Source of the DNA: Gammaproteobacteria bacterium
Lineage (GTDB): Bacteria; Pseudomonadota; Gammaproteobacteria; Eutrophobiales; Eutrophobiaceae
Direction: 5' to 3'
Assembly (NCBI GenBank): GCA_965221455.1
Contig: OZ244890.1
Coordinates: forward strand, 2,142,290-2,206,289
DNA: 64,000 nucleotides
Shown piece after piece: positions 56,583 through 64,000 of the stretch. The translations under genes and the position numbers were made by a program. Numbering within the stretch: the first letter of the stretch is position 1; the number at the start of each line of letters is the position of its first letter. The notes beneath the pieces are model-generated. The model did not search any database and had not been told where the DNA came from. It worked only from the letters and a program-made list of their open reading frames with translations.

Positions 56583-56915
56583 CTAAAGCCCAAAAACATC
56601 TAAAAGGTATATACTAAATACGCCGATGACAGGTAGAAATATAATCATTTGAAAGGTCTTGTAACTGATCTTGAAGGTAGTTTTTTCGTTCTCAAACATC
56701 TCGGTATACATCCAATGACCCCATATCATGGGAATGAATACAAGACAAAGCCCAGCAATTATAGAAATCAGCAAAGGTTCATTTTCATTTAAGAAGGCAA
56801 AAAAAGTGAATAGTCCATTGGCAATACAAAAATACAGCTTATAGGTAGCGACTTGATAGCCATCGGCCTTACGCTTCTGTACGAAAATAACGGTGGCAAT
56901 GCAACAGATAATCAC
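56583..56915 (-). CDS. Putative membrane immunity protein E
   Basis: Multi-TM; downstream of tip E. Confidence 0.7.
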   Translation of the reverse strand: MIICCIATVIFVQKRKADGYQVATYKLYFCIANGLFTFFAFLNENEPLLISIIAGLCLVFIPMIWGHWMYTEMFENEKTTFKISYKTFQMIIFLPVIGVFSIYLLDVFGL

Positions 56916-56959
56916 ATAGACAAATAATTGCCAAGAACCGGGGGCGATCTGAATGATAC

Positions 56960-57637
56960 TTACTCGCAGTTATTTGGTTCGTCTTCTTGACAATTAGGCG
57001 CGTCAGGATTGAGCAAACAGAACTGGCGTTGGATTTGTTCACTGACAGGATCCAGACTATTAGCACTAGGCAAAGGAACAGGTAAAACAGGATCGAAGCC
57101 ACCCATCTCCTCTGCACCGGCACCTACAGCAGTATTCAGTAGTAGATCCAGACCAATCCCCAGACCCGTTGCAATGCGGCTGCTGCCCCCACCAAAACCT
57201 GCAACAAAACCACTAGCGAGTCCAAAAGCACCGCCCTCAAGGCCAGCATAAAACGAAGCTATTGGATCACGTGTCACACTGAAGGTACCAACAAATGCTC
57301 CAAAACCACCACCAACTGCACCAGCTGCAGCACCCGTCAAAGGATTTAAGGCAATACTCCCATCTGGGTCAACATACCTGACAGGGTTTTGCAGTGCATA
57401 GCTATAAGTATTCGCACCCCCAGCAAGACCTATACGGTCACTGGTGATATATCTTCCGAGTTGAGGATCGTAATAACGGTTTAAGTTGTAAACAATTAGA
57501 CCTGATGCGGACTCTGGATCAGATTGCGGTTTTTCCCTGCTAAACCAACGGTCTGCGGCGCGTTCCGTTGCCGTTTTTGGAGAGGAACTTAAATTTTGCC
57601 CTAGAAGCGGTTTTTCCTTTAACAGTGCGTATCCCAT
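56960..57637 (-). CDS. Orphan Rhs cassette E with leader-derived N-terminus
   Basis: YNLNRYYDP...DPDG-SIALNP...[32 protein letters not shown]. Confidence 0.78.
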   Translation of the reverse strand: MGYALLKEKPLLGQNLSSSPKTATERAADRWFSREKPQSDPESASGLIVYNLNRYYDPQLGRYITSDRIGLAGGANTYSYALQNPVRYVDPDGSIALNPLTGAAAGAVGGGFGAFVGTFSVTRDPIASFYAGLEGGAFGLASGFVAGFGGGSSRIATGLGIGLDLLLNTAVGAGAEEMGGFDPVLPVPLPSANSLDPVSEQIQRQFCLLNPDAPNCQEDEPNNCE

Positions 57638-57692
57638 AGGTCGCTATGATAACCCAGGTTTGGCTTTCGTGCCTACCCTAGTGAGAGTGTGA
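57491..57692 (-). repeat. Second leader element
   Basis: Homologous to 28921-29180. Confidence 0.72.
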
Positions 57693-57986
57693 TGGTTCAT
57701 CCCGATACTTTTCGTATTCCTGTAAGAACAACCGTTCAGATTCATCTATAAATTCTTGCTTTCTTCTGTTCAGGTTTTGCAGCTTCTCAAATATATTCTT
57801 ATAGACAATTTGATGTGCATGATTCTTGATGTCATCTTCACTATATTCATCGAACTCAACATCTTCGCTCAACGTCAGATCTACTAACTTTAAAAGGTCG
57901 TCCTTTGTAATCTTGTCCATTGAATCGTAGTCATCTGAAACTTTATAAAAATACCCCAAATTATTCTCAATCTTTAATAGCTTCAT
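57678..57986 (-). CDS. Small acidic protein coupled to the PHP-ATPase gene
   Basis: MKLLKIENNLGYF...; start overlaps the upstream stop region. Confidence 0.7.
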   Translation of the reverse strand: MKLLKIENNLGYFYKVSDDYDSMDKITKDDLLKLVDLTLSEDVEFDEYSEDDIKNHAHQIVYKNIFEKLQNLNRRKQEFIDESERLFLQEYEKYRDEPSHSH

Positions 57987-60009
57987 ATCCACGTCTCCTA
58001 TCTTCATAAGTGTCTCGGCCTGCCTCAAGTGAGTTCATCATTATCTCGTGGTTGGCTATTGTTTTACCATCCAACGACGATACAAGACTTTTGTCTGTAG
58101 GGTGACCAGAATATATTTTGTATACGACATTGCCATCTTCTAATTCTTTACTTGCATAGAGTAGGTAATCGGCTCCAACAGAGGCTCCAACCGTGCTATT
58201 GTGCGTTACTACAACCACTGGCATTGACTCAGATATTTCTCTTATAATTTGGTTTACATCACTTTTTAGAAACATGTTATCGAATGAAGACTCAGGCTCA
58301 TCAATCAGCAAGATGTCGTAGTTCTGCGCATCTTTTATCTCTTGAAGAAGCCTGAATTCTGATCGCTCTCCGCCGGAAACCTCAAACCCATTTTGGTTTA
58401 GTATTTGGTAATTTATTTTCACAAATAGCTTGTATAACTCCGATTGCGTCAGACTCTCATTGGCCATCAGTGCCTGTAAGTATTTATATGGATCCCCATA
58501 TTCACTCATAGCATCCACCAACGAAACCGTCTGCATACTTACATTATTTTTAATATCAGTTGCATTAGCAAAAGCGCTCTTATTTGCTACAACTCTGAAC
58601 GCCTGTATATTTTCCTCGGATATTACAGCCTCTGTTTTCAAAAAACGTACAATCTCTGAGAATTTATTAATTTTTTTTGTGTCCATACTAACGCGGTATA
58701 GATCAACGTCGCCGACCTGGACAGCCGAAGTGCGCATCTTAAGGCTTTCCTTAATATCTTTTATCAAGCTGTTTACATAACTCTTTTTCTTATTCTCAAG
58801 TGTCTTATCCCAGAGCAGCTCAATCAACTCACATGCAAGCTTCCTTAATGATGCTAGTTCTAAATGCTTTTCGATTATTGTCCTGTATTCCATGTTTTCT
58901 ATCACTTGGCGAACGGATCCAACTAATTCTTTCAGAACATCATCTTGACTCGTTGGGAAGACCGTCTCATCAAAGAGGGTCATATTAGAATAGGCGTCTT
59001 GCCTGTCTGCGTCCTCAGCAGACTTAAGAAGCGTGGTGATGTATTGTTCGACTTCCAAATTATTGCTTTGCAGATCAATATTCATAACCTCATCTAAGAC
59101 AGCCTTAAATCCAGATAAGTAATCATCGATAAATCGACTTCGCTTTCTTTGAACATCGCTCTTAAATTCGCTCTCATATGAAACATCATCTTGCTGAACC
59201 AATGAGAACTGCTTTATGTATTTTACGTTCTCATTCGAGTCATTAATTCTGTTCAGGGTGTAAGTTTTTCCGGATGATCTTTCTCCTAAAATCACATTTA
59301 ATCCTGTAGACAACTTCTGTCCATCATCAAAGATCTGATGTAATCTATTTCCGTCAGCCTCAGACAAAGACACCTTTCCCTTGTCCTGTAAACAAATCTT
59401 AATGGCCCCCAGCGTCAATTCACCACAGTCTATAAAGGTTTGCCTTGTGGGAAGTCTGGTCAGATCGTCTCGAATCCTGACATCGCTAAAAAGAACAGGG
59501 GTTAGTTTGGACTCGTCCTTGATGGCTCGGATGAACTTTTTGGCACTATCCACTTCTCCAGCCGATACAAAACAAGCGACTCGCTCTAGTGTTTCACCCC
59601 TGACCGAGGGCTTTTTGTCATAGTGAGGTATAATCAAATAGTCATTTAGGTCGCAGAATATCTCTTCAAGTTCGTCAACCGAAATGCTGTCCCCAATTTT
59701 AGTGATCTTCTCGGTGACCATGCTTGATTTGGCCTCAAAGTCTTCCAGATTAGATCCGTCGCTTATTAGTAATATGTGTCCTCGGTCGAGGTTTATTTCT
59801 ATTCCAGGGAATACAGTAATTGTTAAGGATTCTTTGATGGTTCTGAATTGGCTTCCATCAAAAACATCGTGATTAGTTATCGCAATGGCGTCAAGCTTTG
59901 ACTCAAGAACGTATCTCTTTAAGCTATCGAGACTGAAATCAAAGTGGCTGTCACTGATAGTCGCCACCGTATGCATATGTAAGTCAATCTTCTTCAATAG
60001 CTTTTCCAA
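57967..60009 (-). CDS. PHP phosphoesterase + ABC/SMC-type ATPase (Ppl-like defence candidate)
   Basis: KIDLHMHT, AITNHD, PGIE, FSD; Walker A GERSSGKT; signature SGGE; Walker B LLIDEPE; VVTHN. Confidence 0.82.
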   Translation of the reverse strand: MEKLLKKIDLHMHTVATISDSHFDFSLDSLKRYVLESKLDAIAITNHDVFDGSQFRTIKESLTITVFPGIEINLDRGHILLISDGSNLEDFEAKSSMVTEKITKIGDSISVDELEEIFCDLNDYLIIPHYDKKPSVRGETLERVACFVSAGEVDSAKKFIRAIKDESKLTPVLFSDVRIRDDLTRLPTRQTFIDCGELTLGAIKICLQDKGKVSLSEADGNRLHQIFDDGQKLSTGLNVILGERSSGKTYTLNRINDSNENVKYIKQFSLVQQDDVSYESEFKSDVQRKRSRFIDDYLSGFKAVLDEVMNIDLQSNNLEVEQYITTLLKSAEDADRQDAYSNMTLFDETVFPTSQDDVLKELVGSVRQVIENMEYRTIIEKHLELASLRKLACELIELLWDKTLENKKKSYVNSLIKDIKESLKMRTSAVQVGDVDLYRVSMDTKKINKFSEIVRFLKTEAVISEENIQAFRVVANKSAFANATDIKNNVSMQTVSLVDAMSEYGDPYKYLQALMANESLTQSELYKLFVKINYQILNQNGFEVSGGERSEFRLLQEIKDAQNYDILLIDEPESSFDNMFLKSDVNQIIREISESMPVVVVTHNSTVGASVGADYLLYASKELEDGNVVYKIYSGHPTDKSLVSSLDGKTIANHEIMMNSLEAGRDTYEDRRRGYEAIKD

Positions 60010-60144
60010 TAAGCATAAACTTCCTTGAAATTAGAAACTGCTGCTTTGGGTCGTTTGTTGCTCGTCATTATATATACTTAACCATCTTCTTTCAGTATTA
60101 ATCAGATATTGTTTTTTTCTTTAGCCGCTAAAAAGAAGAACGCG

Positions 60145-60320
60145 CTAGCGTTCTTCTTCCTGCTGTATTAAGTGCATATGATAACCTTTAATGATAATGA
60201 CATAGTTCTGCCATTCCTCACCTAATCGATTCCAGGCTTCCACCATATCACTGTACATTTCAGGCAAGTATTCAGGTTTATTCAAAACAAAGGCGGCGGC
60301 GATTACTTCGCCAGTACTTC
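60145..60320 (-). pseudogene. 3' remnant of a small gene cut by IS copy 5
   Basis: STGEVIAAAFVLNKPEYLP...EAWNRLG.EW; 5' end replaced by the IS IRR. Confidence 0.6.
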
Positions 60321-61520
60321 TGTAACCCTCCCTCAATTAGATCCACTCATTCTGTCGTGATTTTGCATTAAATTGTTGTAAAAATTCCATCGGTGTTAAA
60401 TTATTTAAAGCCTCATGAGGCCGTTGCTCGTTGTATTGGATCATCCATTGGTGAACGATTTCTCTGACCTGGTTAAGTGAATCAAACATATAATAATCCA
60501 GTACCCCGGTTCTAAAACTCCGGTTGAATCGTTCTATATAAGCATTCTGTGTGGGTTTGCCCGGCTGAATGAATGTGAGTTCAACTTCATGGTCATCTGC
60601 CCAATCAGCTAAAGCACATGAGATGAATTCTGGGCCATTATCGACACGAATCGCTTGAGGTAAGCCACGCCATTCACTGAGTCGATTCAGCACACGCACC
60701 ACGCGTTCAGCCGTTAAACTCAAGTCAACTTCAATGGCCAGGACTTCTCGGTTGAAGTCATCGACAATATTCAGTGTTCGGAATCGACGGCCGGCGTAGA
60801 GACAATCACTCATAAAATCCATCGACCAGCATTGATTTACTGATGCCGGGATGGCCAGTACTTGGGGATACCGACCAGGCAATCGTTTTTTCGTGCGCCG
60901 TTTCAGATTAAGTCCCAATTGGCAGTAAACCCGATACACGCGCTTATGATTCCAGCCATGGCCTTGTTTCCTCAACAGAATGAACAGCTTTTTAATCCCA
61001 AAACGTGGATATTGTTCCAGCAGTGCTAATAGCCCATCAATCAGCGGCGTATCGTCTCTGGGTTTGGGCTGATAACGATACACTGAGCGACTCAACTGCA
61101 AGGCCAAACAGGCTTGCCGAATACTCAACTTGTGGGTTTGGTGAAGATACAAAATATTTTCTCTTTTGGTATCTACACTCAGAGCTTTTTTTCGATAAGA
61201 TCTTTGAGGGCGGTATTCTCCAGTCTCAAATCGGCAAACATTTTCTTAAGCTGATTGTTTTCTTTCTCCAGTTCTTTCATGCGGCGGATATCAGCTAATT
61301 CCATACCGCCATATTTGGAACGCCAGCGATAAAAACTCACATCGCTCATGCCATATTCTCAGCATAAATCTTTTACTGCACGTCCGTTTTCTGCTGCTTT
61401 CAGTATCTTGAATATCTGGCTTTCGCTAAATGTCTTCGGTTGCATTTTGTTCTCCTGTCTCTCTCTAGTATGAACAAAATCACAACATCTTGCATGAGAC
61501 TGTTTTTGGGGAGGGTTGCA
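60321..61520 (-). mobile_element. Full-length IS407-like element, copy 5 (inverted relative to copy 4)
   Basis: orfB 60337-61152; IRs at both ends; orfA has TGA. Confidence 0.92.
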
Positions 61521-61654
61521 TGGCTTGATAATGCTACTCTATTTGTTTTATTGACAATTGCGTATTTAGTATTGGTCAGGTGTTTAGGTGCCTTTTTCAA
61601 AGAAAAAAATGGAAAGGATCAAGTTGAAGAATAATTAAGGGCGTACCACAATAT

Positions 61655-61879
61655 TTATTTATTCAAAAATGCTTCAGTAGTAACGCCCGATTGTTTCAGG
61701 ATCGCTTTGAGCGTGCCTTCCGGCATATCTCCAGGATGATTGGGGATAGTGGTATAAAGCTGGGTTACTGTGTTGTACCAGATCTCGTGTGAACCAGCCG
61801 CCTGCCGATCAAACTCAAATCCTAACTTCTTTATCCGCTTGATAATCTGTCGATATTTAAACCCGGCGAGTCGTCCCAT
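61655..61879 (-). CDS. hicA: HicA-family toxin
   Basis: LGFEFDRQAAGSHEIW...IPNHPGDMPEGTLKAILKQ. Confidence 0.85.
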   Translation of the reverse strand: MGRLAGFKYRQIIKRIKKLGFEFDRQAAGSHEIWYNTVTQLYTTIPNHPGDMPEGTLKAILKQSGVTTEAFLNK

Positions 61880-62109
61880 TAACGACTAACAACCAATGGG
61901 TAATCAAACGAATTCCCGGTGTCCTTCAATGTGGGATGCCCTTGTCGTTCTGTCTGAGCTTCCATAAGTTTCTTGGCCACGTCACGCGCTATCTCCAATG
62001 TTTCTGTTACCGTCCGACCTTGAGCTACCAGACCAGGAAGATCATCAGTCGTAGCAAGATAGACCCCTTCCGGTAATTTCTCGATATGTAAATTAACAAT
62101 CTGTTCCAT
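61879..62109 (-). CDS. hicB: HicB-family antitoxin (short)
   Basis: EKLPEGVYLAT..DLPGLVAQGRT..E.LE.A. Confidence 0.82.
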   Translation of the reverse strand: MEQIVNLHIEKLPEGVYLATTDDLPGLVAQGRTVTETLEIARDVAKKLMEAQTERQGHPTLKDTGNSFDYPLVVSR

Positions 62110-62125
62110 TGCGTTACTCTCTTGG

Positions 62126-62473
62126 TTAGATGGCTTTATTCCAACGCCGTGATTCATATTTAATGATCATTCCTTCGACCAGTTCCTTGATAATTGTTCG
62201 CTGCTCAGGTTCCAGACGGGAGACTGCTTCAAATTGTAGCTTGAGATCGTCATCTGGACCTCGTTCGTCTTTATCGAATACCAGCATATCGGCACTGACA
62301 CTCAGAGCAATTGCCAGTTTGCGGATCACATCCAAAGTAGGTTGGGAATCTCCGGCTTCATAACGACGGATCTGAGCAACGTGAACGCCAGCCATTTCAG
62401 CCAGAGCCTGTTGAGTAAACCCCTTCTCTTTACGGAGCGTGGTGAGGCGGTCTTGAAAATCCATAGCAAGCAA
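62126..62473 (-). CDS. XRE-family HTH regulator
   Basis: LRKEKGFTQQALA...QIRRYEAG.SQP; divergent from the primase gene. Confidence 0.88.
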   Translation of the reverse strand: MLAMDFQDRLTTLRKEKGFTQQALAEMAGVHVAQIRRYEAGDSQPTLDVIRKLAIALSVSADMLVFDKDERGPDDDLKLQFEAVSRLEPEQRTIIKELVEGMIIKYESRRWNKAI

Positions 62474-62612
62474 AACAAGTTATTGAGACATAGCAACTAT
62501 AACTCCTCAAATATGAACACTTGCCGAAAGGTAGCATATATGCAGGTATAAATATAGCTTAATTGTGTATTGACAGGTTTTAGCAAATCCACGTTATGGG
62601 AGGAAATAGAGA

Positions 62613-64000
62613 ATGGCACGTATCCCGGATGAAGTAATCGAACGATTGAAACAGGAAATCTCCCTGCAACGACTGGCCGAAGCCCAGGGCATCACACTCA
62701 AAAAACACGGCCAGGATATGATTGGCCTGTGTCCCTTCCACGATGATAACGATCCTTCCCTGGTGATTACCCCGGAAAATAATCTCTGGCATTGCCTCGG
62801 TGTGTGTCAGTCGGGTGGTAGTGTCATTGACTGGGTAATGAAACTCGAAGGCGTGAGTTTTAGACACGCGGTAGAATTATTGATGAATGATTACCTGCCA
62901 TCAGCCAATGCCACCGGCAAAGTAAAACGCAGTACTGTCCCACGATTTTCTACTTCAATAATGTCTGACAGTGAAGACCAACAACTCCTGAACCGGGTGA
63001 TTGACTATTATCATCAAACTCTGAAACAAAACCCGGATGCATTAGCCTATTTAGAAAAACGAGGTATTACGAATACTGCCATTAAGAGTTCATTAATGGA
63101 TGCCGTCTTACGCTTTATCCCAGAAGAAGACAAAAGCCAATACAGTGCAATGACCGGGCAATCCTTGTTCTATATGAGCGAAACCGATCTAAAACATAAA
63201 ATACTTGCCATCGTTGAAGAAGAAGGCGCAGCACAAGCCGCCTATGCACTCAAACTATTACAGAGTGAAGGACAACTCACCATCGCCAGTATCAATAAAG
63301 ATCCGGACACCGGCAAGCTCGTTACCCAGGAATACAAAGTCGAAGGGCCAGTAATGATATTTTTAACGACGACGGCCATTGAAGTGGATGAAGAACTGAT
63401 GAATCGCTGTTTAGTATTAACAGTGAACGAAGACAGAGAACAGACGCAAGCTATCCACCAACTACAACGACAAAAAAGAACCTTACAAGGACTGATCCAA
63501 AAAACAGAAAGCCGATCCATATTAACCATCCATCAAAATGCACAACGACTATTAAAACCATTAAGTGTTGTTAATCCTTATGCCGAGCACTTAACTTTTT
63601 TAAATGAACAAACCAGAACAAGACGTGATCACGAAAAGTATTTAACCCTGATCGACACCATTGCACTACTGCATCAATACCAACGACAAATAAAAGTCAT
63701 CCCGCAAGGAGAGAATACCGTTCACTATGTTGAAGTCACCTTAAACGATATTGCAATGGCCAATGAGTTAGCTCACGAAGTCCTGGGCAGAACCTTAGAC
63801 GAATTGCCACCACAGACCAGAAAATTATTAACATTGATAGATGCGATGGTCACAAAGCAATGCAATGACAACGCGATTAAACGATGTGATATACGCTTTA
63901 GTCGTCGAGAGATACGGGAATACAATCAATGGGGCAATACACAATTAAGAGTGCATCTTGATCGACTGGTAGAAATGGAATACCTGTTACCGCATCGTGG
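62613..64000 (+). CDS. CHC2 zinc-finger primase/ATPase of an integrative element, with in-frame internal deletion; runs off window
   Basis: Hand translation MARIPDEVIERLK...CPFHDD...WHCLGVC...YLEKRGITNTAI|KSSLMDAVL...LAIVEEEG...LMNRC. Confidence 0.82.
   Translation, partial: MARIPDEVIERLKQEISLQRLAEAQGITLKKHGQDMIGLCPFHDDNDPSLVITPENNLWHCLGVCQSGGSVIDWVMKLEGVSFRHAVELLMNDYLPSANATGKVKRSTVPRFSTSIMSDSEDQQLLNRVIDYYHQTLKQNPDALAYLEKRGITNTAIKSSLMDAVLRFIPEEDKSQYSAMTGQSLFYMSETDLKHKILAIVEEEGAAQAAYALKLLQSEGQLTIASINKDPDTGKLVTQEYKVEGPVMIFLTTTAIEVDEELMNRCLVLTVNEDREQTQAIHQLQRQKRTLQGLIQKTESRSILTIHQNAQRLLKPLSVVNPYAEHLTFLNEQTRTRRDHEKYLTLIDTIALLHQYQRQIKVIPQGENTVHYVEVTLNDIAMANELAHEVLGRTLDELPPQTRKLLTLIDAMVTKQCNDNAIKRCDIRFSRREIREYNQWGNTQLRVHLDRLVEMEYLLPHR

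Overview
The window has three zones. (1) 1-2.3 kb is the upstream end of a minus-strand integron cassette array: three attC sites, no intI in the window. (2) 2.4-26.2 kb is core metabolism of a probable PQQ-using/C1-capable proteobacterium: PQQ-catabolism accessory genes, a tungsten AOR operon, a porin, pip, folP, pqqBCDE, H4MPT/methanofuran genes, moaCDE, a molybdopterin oxidoreductase and a Ser/Thr kinase. (3) 26.6-64 kb is a conflict island. It holds a structured non-coding region with two inverted dif-like sites, TIR- and PHP-ATPase-type defence cargo, HicAB, XRE regulators and an internally deleted CHC2-primase/ATPase gene. Its centre is a ~28 kb array of 10 Rhs C-terminal toxin/immunity pairs, seven of them on near-identical, N-terminally truncated Rhs cores capped by IS3-family ends. 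The most unusual signal is in the Rhs tips: nine of ten are Gly/Ala-rich, bacteriocin-like hydrophobic peptides. Seven end in a shared Cys-rich acidic tail and two in a shortened version, and the tips diversify as mosaics together with their membrane immunity proteins. All family assignments come from motif recognition by eye; no database searches were run.
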